DNA of 64,000 nucleotides, from contig NC_042997.1 in assembly GCF_006345805.1 (NCBI RefSeq), positions 25,482,001 through 25,546,000 on the forward strand, in the 5' to 3' direction. Positions 25,991 to 40,199 of the stretch are shown here, piece after piece. The translations under genes and the position numbers were made by a program. The notes under the pieces were generated by a model. The model did no database searches, was not told the DNA's origin, and saw only the letters and a list, made by a program, of their open reading frames with translations. The DNA is from Octopus sinensis (lineage: Eukaryota). Position 1 is the stretch's first letter; the number at the start of each line of letters is the position of its first letter.

Positions 25991-27034
25991 TATATAAAAG
26001 CAATAATAAATCTCTGAACGAGGTATAAACATTAGCTGCACGACAATGTGAAGTATATTTGTCACTTAAATGTGACTAACCACTAAGGTTGGATGCTACT
26101 GTACCTTGTAGTCCCAGGAGTACGTCTTTTCCAGCTGGCTATTGACACACTTGCTGTGCTCTATCAGTATTTGCAAAGGGAAACCATCCTTGCCAGGTCT
26201 ACATGTCTATAGGTCGGTCGCGAATGCATTCAGGTATTGAAATTTATTGATGTAAAGCGTTCAAGTTTTGAAATATTTCAGTTTTTTTACTTGTAGCATT
26301 TGTGGGGCGCGAGTGTAAACGGTAGTAGAAGTTGTTAATAACTTTTACTATTTCGGACACAAATCAAGTGAAATATTTATTTTAATATGGTGAAATAATT
26401 ATTGGGGTTTTGAGGGGTTGGAGACTGATAAATCAAGGTCATTTATTTGGAGAAGTGACGAAGGTAGATATGAAATATATGTGAAGGGAGTTCGTTACTT
26501 ATATCAGTATCTGAAGATGAAAATCCTGTTGTCTGTAGTTCAATGAGTGGCAAAGTGTTGCATAAAATTTCCATCAGCGTATCTGAACTGTGTGCTTTGT
26601 TCCTACACAACATTTAACCACTGGAAACAAATCACTGGCGTGGGTAGCGTAACACCTACAACGTATGTTATTGGACCCTAATATGTCGACGTTCGCTCAG
26701 AGGCACAGGAATTTCTCTGTGTTTCAAAGAAACATTTATTGACGAATATTTCGGAACGATGAGTTTCTGTTTGCAGAACACTGTCGGGCAATCGTTTTTG
26801 CACAGTCTCCATTTGAAATAAGGATTCGAGTGACACCAACTAGGTGAAAATATACTTAAAAGGTTATGAAAACATAACTGAAGTACATCTACGTAGGTGT
26901 CGGGGGATGGTTAACTGAAATTCAAATATCAGGATTTTGACACCTGAGAAGTATGTGTAGAGTACATATGTCGGTGAAAACGACGGGATATAATACGTTA
27001 TACAATCTATCTATCTATCTATCTATTTATCACG

Positions 27035-27081
<47 letters not shown>

Positions 27082-27164
27082 ATATACATCCATATATATA
27101 TATATATACATACATATATATACATATAACTAATTATATGTGTATATACCACACACACACACAT

Positions 27165-27233
<69 letters not shown>

Positions 27234-28084
27234 CATATGTGCGCGTACATGTACACTTGTATACACACGCAGAGATAAAATATATATTATAAATTATATA
27301 TAAAATGTATATAATTATGTGAAGAAATGAAAGAAAGGCCAACGGTTAACAGAGTTGGTTGAAGTTTCTCTCTCTCTTGACCTGCAGTTTGTTTTGAGGC
27401 ATATATCAAAAAGTAAATAATCGAATAAATTTGAAGGCGAACGGTAGGCGGATGTGCCAAAAAAAAAAAAGAAAAAAAACATGACAGAAGCATAAATCAA
27501 TATAAAAGTGTTTCAAATGTAGTATGATCGGACGTAAAATAACAATGGTATAAGAATATTACACGTGTCTTATCTCATACATTATAAATAGGACCAAGTC
27601 ATTTTCCTTACGTATGTATATGTGTGTGCGTGTGTGTATGTTGTATGTGTATCTATATATATCGGTAAAATTTGAAATTTATTGTATGCATTAAATTGTT
27701 ATATATATATATATATATATAATATATATATTATATATATATGTATGTATATATGTATGTATGTATGTATATGTATATATAGGCGCGAGTTTAGGTGTGT
27801 CTCTGACGGTTTTTATTTTCAAAAAAGATTGATACATCCACGCGTATTTATTGACATACACTCATATAAATATACATATAAAAGTGCGCTGTACATGACG
27901 GATTAATTTACGTTTGATTATGTTGATTATTATTTCAAATTAAAGCCGTCAAGCGTAACATTTATTTACAACCAACAGATTATGTACTAATCCTTTACTT
28001 GGAATTTTGAATCATAACAGCAAATATGTTGTACACAGTAATAATTTATAGCCAGCGCTGTAAATTTATTTAATAAATTTGAAT

Positions 28085-28141
<57 letters not shown>

Positions 28142-28163
28142 CACTACTACTATTACTACTACT
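28085..28163. repeat. (ACT)n microsatellite
   Basis: Direct reading. Confidence 0.97.
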
Positions 28164-28479
28164 TTCTCATTATTTTAGTATTATTATAATCATCTTTTTT
28201 TCTATTTGTAATTTATATTTGAAAACGCAACATGGTAATTTATGCTCCGTTCTCAAGATACTCAATACATCACAAATCTTATATAATTTCTGTTTCTTTT
28301 CTTGTTATTTTACAGCGGCGATTTATTTTGAGAACAAACGAACAATGTTCCTTTCTAGACGAAAACGAATTAAAATTCTCAGCGAAGTGTATTTAATATT
28401 GGACGAAAGTAGAGAAAAATGCTTTCAGTGAAGTGCATTTTAAACAGTGAAGAAAAAGAGTAAGGACAAATTATGAGAT

Positions 28480-29025
28480 CACCGAGGATATCGTGGGCTT
28501 TTTTTTTTTGTCGACGGGCTCTAGACAATAACTAATTAGCATATCCTAAATCATCATATCAGTACAGTGATGTGATATAAGAAAGTGAATGAAGCTGTTA
28601 AGTGGGTACAAGACCAGTGCGACTGTATCGACTCCGGGTTAAAGAAAGGCGATATGAAAGCTGTTTTTTTTTTCTTTGATATTAAGAATGTTAACAAATT
28701 TAAGACAACAAATTTCTATTACCATTGAAGTGAAAAAGGGATACCTTGTCACAGACAAGTCTGCTCTCATCAGAAAATGGTCTGAGTACTCTGAGAAACA
28801 CAGCTATTATAAACAATGATATGAAACTGACATTCTGGAGAAAGCCAACAATAACAGCAGAGAACTTGAAGATGTTCGAATAATTTATGAGAAAGTTGAA
28901 GAAGCAATGCATATGCTGAAAGAAGCGAAAACCTTGGGAATTAACAAAATTCAATCAGAAATCCTGAAATACAGAAGACTAAAACTTACCACGGCTCTAT
29001 CAGCCATATGTAGACGCATTTGAGA
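28480..29025 (+). mobile_element. RTE-clade LINE internal fragment (endonuclease-RT linker), decayed
   Basis: KWVQDQCDCIDSGLKKGDMK; KGYLVTDKSALIRKWSEY; EKVEEAMHMLKEAKTLGINKIQSEILK (cf. EV..AI..LK.GKAPG.D.I..ELLK). Confidence 0.75.
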
Positions 29026-29059
29026 AACTTCTTACAGATAAACTGTCCCCATAAACTTA

Positions 29060-29395
29060 GACTTAGATAAACTTAGATATGTTTCGACCAAAGATTGGTC
29101 CAGGCCATGTCTAACTTAATAGCACCACCTGATAGGATTATTCGAATCCTGTTTAAGTCAAGTTTTGTTCAAGCAGTGAGTTCTTGTTGGGTGAGTTGTA
29201 TCCATTTATGGGTGGCTTATCTGGTATTCTTTGAAGGAATCTATCCAGACTCCGTTTAAAGTTGATGGGATCCTTTTACTCTTTGATCTCCCTCAGGACA
29301 ATGTTAAATAGGGCAGGGCCTGTTGAGGAAAAGAAATTATGTTGCAGTGTACATGTATGTTGTGATCTTGAATTGGGCAGGGGACGTACATAAAT
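29060..29395 (-). mobile_element. CR1-group LINE 3' fragment
   Basis: HNFFSSTGPALFNIVLREIK...FKRSLDRFLQRIPDKPPINGY...NKNSLLE. Confidence 0.8.
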
Positions 29396-29743
29396 ACAAA
29401 TCAAGGCTCTACCTGTATAAAAGAACGATCACTTAGAGTTGTTAAGTCAGTGAAGTAATTTTCAGAGTTTTCCTAAACAGACGACTGCGGGAGGCTGATG
29501 TCCTCGCACGAAAATTTGCAGTAATTAGGCCATAATGAAATATATCGGAATCAATATTCAACATAAGATTGTCTATAGAAAAACATCAGCAACGACAATA
29601 ACTGGCTGCTACCACAACTTCAGTTACTTCAAAATTACTATGACTAGACTTGGTTTTGCGGCAATCGACTACGGATTTCCACTTCGATATTTAACTCCTT
29701 CTAATGACTCAAGTATACTTCGAAGATTGAACATTGTTCTGTT

Positions 29744-30154
29744 ACTCTTTAACTCTTTTACTTGTTTCAGTCATTTTGACTGCGGCCATGCTGGAGCACC
29801 GCCTTTTTTTTTTAATCGAGCAACTCGACCCCGGGACTTATTCTTTTGTAAGCCCAGTACTTATTCTATCGGTCTCTTTTGCCGAGCCGCTAAGTAACGA
29901 GGACATAAACACACCAGCATTGGTTATCAAGCAATGCTAGGGGGACAAACACAGACACACAAACACACACATGCATATATATACATATATACGACGGGCT
30001 TCTTTCAGTTTCCGCCTACCAAATCCACTCCCAAGGCTTTGGTCGGCCCGAGGCTATAATAGAAGACACTTGCCCAAGGTGTCACGCAGTGGGACTGAAT
30101 CCGGAAGCATATGGTTGGTAAGCAAACTACTTACCACATAGCCACTCCTGCGCC
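29744..30154 (-). mobile_element. SINE family D, full length (~410 bp, internal TA/CA linker)
   Basis: Minus-strand head caggcgcaggagtggctatgtggtaag...attcagtcccactgcg; tail gactgaaacaagtaaaagagt. Confidence 0.93.
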
Positions 30155-30771
30155 TGTTGTTCATTTTAAATCAGAACAGTCAAGACTATGTCATTTCCCT
30201 AGTATTTTCGAACATCCTCTTGGAAAATAGCATACAGGTGAGATTACGTGACTTCCACGCCACCATTTCCATCGAAAGGTTGCTCTTTTTACAACCTGTG
30301 TTAAATTGACATGGATCTAATTTGAAACAGCAAAACAGAACTCCAGGAATTCAACACCAGACTGAAAATAGTATCAGGAATGGAAAGCCTGATAGCCAGG
30401 TAAGAAAAGAATACGATTTTGATTAATAGCTACATTCATAATCCATCATCTGCCATCGTATGAGATAGTCAATACCCTGAAGTATAAAACCTTAAATAAC
30501 TTGAATTCACTTTCCCCCATAAAAGAGCAACTCAGACAAAACAAAAAAAAAGAGAGATAAAACTGGCCCCTTTTAGTGCTTTTTAGATGGGTGTGAAAGT
30601 TGAACACTGACAATGGATATGGAACTTAGTATGCGGAATCAGTCTGTTACATCAGCACTCTAATGACGAAATGCAGTAAAGAAGTAAATTAATTTAAGTA
30701 TATAGCTCTATTACTATCCTTTAAATGTAGTGAACGTATTTCACGAATATGCAGAAATAAATTCACGATTC

Positions 30772-31374
30772 ATGCAGCATATCTCTAAAATTGTCAAGAA
30801 GGCCGAGGGTGTCTTGGCATCACTCAGCAAGACTTTTGTTAGCCGCTCTCCAGCCATCTATTTAAAACTGTATACAGCTATGGTACGACCACACTTGGAA
30901 TTCGCATCATCAGTTTGGAACCCCTATCTTGCTCAGAACATTGACCCCCTGGAATCTGTCCAGAGACGTGCAACCAAACGCATACCCTCCATCAGACACC
31001 TACCATATTCTGAGCGCCTTGTTTCCCTGGGCATGGATTCACTGAAGCTCCGGCGTCTGGCGACGGACTTGGTAAACACCCACAAAGTTATCAACCACCT
31101 CCCCAACAACAACACTGAACACCTTTTTGATCTCCATGTGTCTAACACACGTGGACATGCCTACAAAGTCAGAAAACAACACAGCTCCATGACTTTCGGA
31201 AACATTTTTTCACGCTCAGAGTTGCTGAAGCATGGAATAAACTGCCTGCGTCAGTTGTTGACTGCCATGACACTGCATCCTTTAAGGCCCTCATGCTTTC
31301 TGAAATCCACCGAAACTACACCTGATTATATATACACTTTAGATGAGTTGTAGTGCACCTGAGCACTGTACACA

Positions 31375-31422
<48 letters not shown>
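30772..31422 (+). mobile_element. CR1-clade LINE 3' fragment ending in an (ATT)n tail
   Basis: LKLYTAMVRPHLEFASSVWNPY...LESVQRRATKRIP..RHLPYSERL..LG..SLKLRR...TRGHAYK; tail at 31376-31422. Confidence 0.95.
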
Positions 31423-31426
<4 letters not shown>

Positions 31427-32859
31427 CCCTTGTGGGTACTTTGTTGTAATATATATATATATATATTGCGGGTTAGAATGCATAATTCCTGCATTCTATG
31501 TTCGGCAAACCCATGATCTGCAGCATTCATGGTTCGTTACATTTTGAATCTGTTCTTATCAGTCCATTACACAAAACAATAGAAAACTACGCACTTTTGA
31601 AACCATATTAATTGCATTGTTTCCTGCTTTACGTTTCGTTCTAGCTTTTGTAAGGCATGAATATATTTGTTTACAATGACATGACAATTCGGTATTTCCA
31701 TATTTGTCAGTTTGGTTTATAGAGATTTGTAATAACTTCAAATTAAGAGAATTCTCACAATTTATTCAGTACTTACTTGAAACACAAGGCTGAAGTTTTT
31801 GTATTTGATTAAATATGTAAGGATAGTAGTAACTTTAACCTCGATGAAAGTAAATAGCAAAATGCTTTTAGATTAGCGCCCTATGAATTCTATTAATTCA
31901 ATGCATTCCCCGCTTTAAGATACCTGTAATGTCATTGCTTTAGCTCAGTCTATAATTTGTGGATAAGATCAGGATCGCGAAGTAATGGCAACAAGATTGT
32001 GATTGAATTTTTTCTTTTATTTATGCTTTGGTGTTGAGCATTACACGACTTGGTTTTGTTTTTTTTTAGATTTCCTATTTTGTTAAATAACTACCAGTCA
32101 TTTACTAACCTTTATTAAATAGACTATAAGTTACCAAAATAATACTGTATAAACTCACAATCATATGCTCCAAGATTGTTGAGGCTATTTTATGACGTCA
32201 GTATTTCGAATGAATTGCGTAGTTTTAATGCCAACTACATACACTAATTTACTGAAAAAATTACATTGAAACTTGATTCAGTCTTCGACAGCTTATATTT
32301 TTTTCAATTACGATACAATTGTTCTTGGGTACGAAGAATCACGGTGTTCTACTTTAGTTTTTGTAATAATATAGTGACTTTGTGATGAGTTGCTAATAAG
32401 ATTAATTATATATTGCATTTGCTGTATAAATTATGTTGAAATTCTGATAATACATATCAGGTGTAATTAACTGTCAAGTAAAAATATCATAAAGTATTTA
32501 TAGAGAGTAAAATATTTTACAGGCACAATTTAATTCGATACTATTGAAGCAGTAAGAAATGTTATGAGAAGAGAGACACTGGTATTAGCCAAAATGTATT
32601 TCTTACATATAAATGTCACTGTGTTATGTCAGGTTGTATTATATTCAGTCTCACTGTGCGACACATTGTGCAAAAGTCGTCTAGTAAAGAACTTGGCCGA
32701 CCAATGCCTTGTGAGTGAATTTTTTGGACGAAAGCTGAGAAGCGAGTCGTATATATGCATGTATGCCTCTTCTATTTTGAGTCTTCCACTGAGGCGAGAA
32801 CCGGTTCCCAACAAAGATACTAGGCTCCATCTTTGAGATGTAGATAACACAAACAAATT

Positions 32860-33787
32860 CCCATTTGGAACTTGAGAAAAGTCTTGCATATTTTTACTGA
32901 TCTACTCACAGACTGAACTTGTAATATACGAATCAGCTGGTCAATTTCTCTTTCTAAAATCCACTTTATCCAGATTCTCCTTTAAACATTTACTAACAAA
33001 ACATAGTGCTCCAATTATTATTAGTATGAATATGGATTCATAGTCTGGATATAGAAGCTGGAGATTTCGAAGCAGTTGTCCATAGGTATCCTAGTTTTCT
33101 TTGATTTTCAAAGAGATATTTATATCTGCTGGACAGCTAACCTCTATGATGGTACAGACCTTTGTTACTCTGTCCCAAACAACAATATCAGGTCTGTTAT
33201 GCTTACATATGACAGAAGTTTTGATGGGAATATTCCACCAGTATTCTTTGAGTTAGTGTTTATGAATGTATTCCTTAACAGATGGATTCTATAAGTTTAT
33301 TTCATGGCAGTCTTCTTTGCGGATGGCATTGTAAATTGTTTTAGCAACACATCGTGCCTCATAGAGAGGAACTACCGTGACATTTTAGCACAGCTCCTAA
33401 TCACATGGGTAATGTCTTCCACAGAAACATGACATAGCCTACACATGCGTCATTGTCTCTCTTGTTCACCAGGTACTTTGTGGTAATCTTCTGTTCCTGG
33501 CGTGCAAACGCATAGCCTTCAAAGTATGGTGCGAGGTAGTGTCTTGTGTCCAAGGGAAGCTGCACTTCGTGTTAATTCTACTGTCTTCTCAAAGTTTCCG
33601 CGCAACATACCCATGCATAGTGTTTTTGTATGCTGAGTGTTTTCCATCCAGGTCTCCCCTAAGGTAAGAGAGCCCAGCTGTTTTGGAGCTGTAGAGAAAA
33701 TCATCAGAAAGAGAAAGTTTCTTGAGGAGTTCACTGCCAACTCGTACAACGTTGCTCAATGTTGCATTACACACACACACACACACA

Positions 33788-33846
<59 letters not shown>

Positions 33847-34133
33847 TATATGTATATATATTGGTATATATATCAATATAGTCGCCATGATAGATCGTTT
33901 ACAACTACACACATTTTTTTTCTCTCCTGTTTTTTTCTGTGACCCTTTCTGTAGAAGAGCGTAGGCTCGAAACGTAAAAGACTTTTTCTATTCCTGAGCG
34001 TTATACTAATACATCTGTTTGTTTTGTAGACCACCTGTCTTCGTCTTTTGTTTTTTTCGTAAATATATATATATATATATGTATGTATATGTATATTATA
34101 TACATGTATATATATATACATATATATATATAT

Positions 34134-34179
<46 letters not shown>

Positions 34180-34221
34180 GTATATAACATGTATATATAT
34201 AGTATATATATATATATTAGA

Positions 34222-34269
<48 letters not shown>

Positions 34270-34291
34270 CATATATATATACACACACACA

Positions 34292-34347
<56 letters not shown>

Positions 34348-35005
34348 TATATTTACTGCTGTTGTCTAGCAGGTGCTGTCGCGGTGATTAGGCATTCGAA
34401 GGCCGTCTGCACTGATCTCAAGCCTCTATCAACGTCATTTCTTCTTAGGTAGAGCCTGTCAACGTCACTGTTTCTGTGGAAGTTCCCAGTTGTTGTCAGG
34501 ATTTTGCAGATTTTGATATATATATGGAGTGTATTTCCTCTGCAGCCCCATCAAGTATCCCAAATGTTCGGATCAGCACTGGTTCTACAAATGCATTGTG
34601 GGATATTGTTTTGTTGTATTTGGAGAGTTCCAACTGCCATATTTTCCTAAGTCTGGTGTAATATGCTCGGGTCACTCTATCTTTATTCACAGCGCCTTCC
34701 TATGATACATTTACGTCTATGCCTTGTGACTTTGTGTGGAATGGGGCAGATAGAGAGACCGTTGATGCACAGGTTTTGGGTTTGAGGGACTGATATTCCT
34801 CGTTCTATAACCAAATATGAACATTTCTTTTATCCAAATTCCATGCCTATATCAGCTGAAAATGTTGTTATTAATTCTAGTTGTTCTTTTGGCATTGTTA
34901 ACACTTTTAGCATAGGACTTCGGGTCGTCTACAAAGAAATTATGAGCGACATTGATATTTTTGGCAGTTGAAGATCCTAGCATGAAGCCATTTGTTTTCT
35001 GCATG
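32860..35005 (-). mobile_element. Second, older R4/Dong-like LINE family, split by a microsatellite/P2 insertion at about 33745-34352
   Basis: RT: HNFFVDD.K.YAK...FSADIGMEFG; YYTRLRKIWQLELSKYNKTISHNAF; zinc knuckle CRLCHVSVEDITHVIRSC; RHD; HNRPDIVVWDR...IIEVSCPAD; IIIGAL. Confidence 0.88.
33880..34062 (+). mobile_element. Short Penelope-like/retrozyme-like repeat (family P2) inside (TA)n
   Basis: Homologous to the reverse complement of 54595-54782; contains ctttctgtagaagagcgtaggctcgaaacgtaaaag and the downstream ttcctgagcg shared with P1. Confidence 0.72.
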
Positions 35006-35035
35006 TTTATATCTATTGTGTGTGTATGTATATAT

Positions 35036-35423
35036 GGAGGCGCAATGGCCCAGTGGTTAGGGCAGCGGACTCGCGGTCGGAGGATCGCGGTTTCGATTCC
35101 CAGACCGGGCGTTGTGTGTGTTTATTGAGCGAAAATACCTAAAGCTCCATGAGTCTCCGGCAGGGGGTGGTGGCGACCCCTGTTGTACTCTTTCGCCTCA
35201 ACTTTCTCTCACTCCACTCTTACTTCCTGTTTCTGTTGTACCTGTATTTCAAAGGGCCGGCCTTGTCACTCTCTGTGTCACGCTGAATATCCCTGAGAAC
35301 TACGTTAATGGTGCACGTGTCTGTGGAGTGCTCAGCCACTTACACGTTAATTTCACGAGCAGGCTGTTCCGTTGATTCGGATCAACCGGAACCCTCATCC
35401 TCGTAACCGACGAAGTGCTTCCA
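35036..35423 (+). mobile_element. SINE family A
   Basis: Near-identical to other family A copies. Confidence 0.95.
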
Positions 35424-35721
35424 TTAGTAATTAAGCCCCATTAGTATGTATATATGTATGTACGTATGTAAGCATCAGTATGAGTTGGTTTTTGTGTCAG
35501 TTCATCTCGCCATCGCTAAATACCACGTTGGTTTGTTCAGATGTTATATTTTAGAAAAAGAAAAAAGAAACTGTTGGAGTAAATGCCAGATTAAAACAAA
35601 AACAGTAAGGTCTTTTTGGAACGATGATATTTTAAATTCGTTTAACGTTTCAAATAACGATAAATATTAGATAGCATTTATGACGTTACGCATAGGTACA
35701 TATTTAATACATACATATAAA

Positions 35722-35933
35722 CATATGTGTCTGTGTTTGTCCCCCTAGCATTGCTTGATAACAGATGCTGGTGTGTTTACGTGCCTGTCACTTAGCGGTT
35801 CGGCAAAAGAGACCGATAGAATAAGTACTGGGCTTACAAAGAATAAGTCCTGGTGTCGATTTGATCGACTAAAGGCGGTGCTCCATCATGGCCGCAGTCA
35901 AATGACTGAAACAAAAGAGTAAAAGAGTAAGAG
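35722..35933 (+). mobile_element. SINE family D, 3' half
   Basis: tgtgtttgtccccctagcattgcttg...cttagcggttcggcaaaagagaccgatagaataag...aaagagtaaaagagt. Confidence 0.9.
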
Positions 35934-36059
35934 TATACAAACGCACGCGCGCGCACTCCTCCATGCCCGCACACGCGCGCACACAGATTCATATGCATTG
36001 CTTAGCATGTAGAAATGTCTGCATATAAAAGAATGTGTTTATTTATACAAATGACAAAG

Positions 36060-36292
36060 AAGGCAGCGAGTTGGCGGAACCGTTAGCACGCCGGGCGAAA
36101 TGCGTAGCCGTATTTCGTCTGCCGTTACGTTCTGAGTTCAAATTCTGCCGAGGTCGACTTTGCCTTTTATCCTTTCGGGGTCGATAAATTAAGTACCAGT
36201 TACGCACTGGGGTCGATGTAATCGACTTAATTCGTTTGTCTGTCCTTGTTTGTCCCCTCTATGTGTAGCCCCTTGTGGGTAATAAAGAAACA
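36060..36292 (+). mobile_element. SINE family C, tail type 1, with 16-bp TSD
   Basis: TSD TATACAAATGACAAAG at 36044-36059 and 36293-36308. Confidence 0.95.
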
Positions 36293-36832
36293 TATACAAA
36301 TGACAAAGTAATTATCACTAGAGAGAAATAAATATCTACCCACACACATATACACATACATAATTATAGGTAAAAACAATCAATCACAAGGCAAAAGGAC
36401 GGTGAATGCGCTTAAGTGGAATAGGAAATTTTGTTGGATCTATAGGCGCAAATATTTGTATGTAGACATGCGAATCTACTTTGTACTGTATGTATAATTA
36501 TTTGTAGTTATATTTCTCGTGCATTGTCTTGACGAAGGAAAAAAACCTGTTTTCCTGACTTTAATCCAGAAATGGGACCCAATTCACAATTAACGTGAGG
36601 TCTTTTTAATATTTGTTCACTAGCCCGATTACAAACCTGTGTATATATAATTTAGAGATTTTTAAAAAATATTTCAGTGCGTCGGCATTTCAAGCATGTT
36701 CCCTTAATATAATTATATACATATGTATATAATTATTAATTTAATGTATAAATTATCTACAAAATTTTAATAGCATGCTGACTACCTGATAAAAATCATT
36801 AACATGATTTTATCCTTGTACGTATATATATG

Positions 36833-36915
<83 letters not shown>

Positions 36916-36918
<3 letters not shown>

Positions 36919-36944
36919 TAGCAGAGATACCCGGCGTTGCCCGG
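36916..36944 (+). mobile_element. Possible Helitron/Helentron-type terminus next to (TA)n
   Basis: tactagcagagatacccggcgttgcccgg: ACTAG followed by a short GC hairpin, as in Helitron-family ends; extent of the element not determined. Confidence 0.4.
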
Positions 36945-37262
36945 TGTTACATTCAATTGAAGAATTAGATATTTCTGTTATATTTTCTGTAATGAACTGG
37001 AATATCTATGTTTCGAATTTATAAATATGCTGAAAACTCAACACAGCCTTAGCTTTGTTGTCTCATTTTATTCAACATATACATGCTCATCATACAAGAC
37101 CCGTACTAGGCTCCTCAGTTGTATCATTATCGAACTGAGAGCTAACTAAGGTCCTTCCATATCACTTACATAGTGTTACCGGCCACCTTCGGTCTTCTGG
37201 ATCCCAATACGTATATATATATATATATTATATATATAATGCTGTATATATATGTATATATA

Positions 37263-37306
<44 letters not shown>

Positions 37307-38538
37307 TATATATATGTATGTATATATATATATATATATTGATAATATATATATATACACCATATATGTGTGTATGTGTGTGTATGCGTGAGTATTTGTG
37401 AACTTGTGTCTTAATCTGCCCCTCTTCGTCAAAAGGTAAGAAGATATAGACTAAGTAGTATTTAAGAATTTAATTGCCAAACTATATTCATTACTATGCA
37501 CATCATAAATGAGGATATCCATTGAAAAAATTTGGCTAAGCAGCATCTTAATCCAAGAATAGTTATTAGTAAAATACTAAAGCAAAACGATTACTTCTAA
37601 ATGTAATTTTCTCTCATGCAACCCTGTATTTATCACTCAAAATTTAAAGGTAACAGAATATCTAATACGCAAAGAATACAACAGATTAAAAGTTTGATTG
37701 CTCGATTTCATATTCGAAGTCAACAGATGAGGTTTCCGCAACATCCTACTGCAGAGGTCTCTTTTTATATGTAGTTCCCAAAATTTTGTGCTGTGCCTTA
37801 GCTGACAGCGTTCATTAAAAGGATATTGCTTGTAAAGTTGTACAGTATGCCAAGTTCCAGGTGTATAATTAATCGCACATCAACGTTAAAATGAAGTATT
37901 TTGCATAAGACCACTGAATACCGCCCTGTCGGGGAGACGAAGAACGATCTTCTGATCGTCAGTGCAGAGATTCTAACAACTTGGGCAGCCGAGCTAAACA
38001 GCTTTGGCAATGTAGAGGTATTCAGTGTTATCTCTTTCAGACTAATGAAGATACCTGGACCCCCACTCTAACCCCAATACATGGTTGATTTTTATCCGGT
38101 ATGTAAAGTGAAAGGGATGCAATAAATACCGACATAGAAATTTTTCCTCATACATAATAGTCGCATGACAACGTTTTATATGAAATAATTCTATCCTGTA
38201 CAAAACAGTTCTCCAAATGATAATTGATGGGATTAAAGGGACATATCTGTAGGGATGTTGCATGTGAAGCTTAGTAATAAACAAATTAAGGAAGTCGTTA
38301 TAAGGAAATAATTTCATTTGTGATAAATGGCTGCAATTATAAAGAAAATGTCACTATATAGATATATGTAGCTACACTTTCGCATAGACTTAAATACACA
38401 AACACAAACACATACATTCGTTCGTGGGAATATATACGAGCTTATATATTCGCTTGTTCAACACACATTATCAGTATATCAGCATATATAATTGTGCTAA
38501 TATGTGCATGTATATATATATATATATAATAATGCATA

Positions 38539-38594
<56 letters not shown>

Positions 38595-39270
38595 TATATA
38601 ACATATATATATTATACATATATACATATACATATACAAATATATATATATATACCTTATAATATAATGTATATAATATTTATATACATACATACAACAT
38701 ATATATATAATATATATATATATTATATATATATATATATATATTGTGTATGTCTCTTGTTTCTGTGTGCTTGAACATATGTACATATGCATGTGGCAGA
38801 GTATATTCAGGTTGAAACGAGCACTTGTGTGTATGCATGACTAGGAGCCTGGAAACCCGGTGGAAATGAGAATTAATATTCACATGAAATTAGCTCTCAA
38901 TTTTTCACTGCATCAAAGTGAATGAAGAAATATGTCTTGTGTTAGTTTTCTTTCTATCTGAACTCAGATTGCTGTTTCGTTTAATGTCCTTCATAGTTTA
39001 TCTTCACTAGCCCAAGTAATTAATTATTAAAATGGCTTTATTGAAACAAATCAAAAACAAAATGAAAGGATTCACAGGAAATTGTTTCCAAGAATATAGA
39101 TTGAAAATGTGAAATTGGATATACATATATACATACATACATAATACATATATACATATATACATACATACGTATATACATACATATACATATATATATA
39201 TATAACCATATTATGTGTATGTATGTATATATATAAATACACCTATATTTGTATATATATATATATATGA

Positions 39271-39317
<47 letters not shown>

Positions 39318-39337
39318 GTATATATATTATATATATA

Positions 39338-39383
<46 letters not shown>

Positions 39384-40199
39384 GTTAACATATACATCTA
39401 AATATACATGTATATGTATGTGTGTACGTATATATGTATATGTGTATGAATGCATGGAGTGGTGCTTTATGATTATTGCAGTGGAAATATAATGGTGTTT
39501 GTAAAATTGTAGTACCGATCATTTTTATAAAGGCAGCAATGCAAAAACGTTCACATGCGTCAAATTGCCTAAATACTTCACTAAAGACGCATCGCTGTGA
39601 TAATATTTCTAACGTGTAAACAATAGATTGATTAAAATTGACTTTTCATAATTATCTCGTCTTTAATAGTATTCAAACTCTTCAAAGTATGTTTGACAAG
39701 GATTTTAAAAACTTAAATTACGATTATTATAGATATAATTGTTATTATCCTCATCTTTAGTCAGAACACCACCATCTATATTACAAATATTACTATTAAA
39801 ATCTGTACGTTTTATTAAATAGAAGGAATAATGTCCCATAAGATTTGGCGAACAGTTTCTTCACGTATCAAGACTACTTCTCAGGAATTCTTACTGAATA
39901 CAAGATGAACGGTTTTCTGCCTATAGAAAATATAACTAGCAATTCCTATGTTTCTACGTGTTATGTTTTGTTTCGAGTGCACTAGTTACCATGCGAAATA
40001 TTTTCACCTATGTGTTCCAAAATCATCAGATCTCGATATAGCTTGATTTTCTCAGTTTCCACATTTTACAAACCTACTATAATATGGTACTCCAAAATCT
40101 ATCTTACACATTTGTTCTATGCTATGCGATTGTATCAGATCTCCTTATTCGATGTATGCTCACTCACTATGGGGAAATTTAAAATCATGTAATGGTTGC

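Noticed and set aside
37740-38330. Complex sequence with a HINVK peptide reminiscent of Helitron Rep
   Set aside because: Single short motif followed by a stop; not enough to assign
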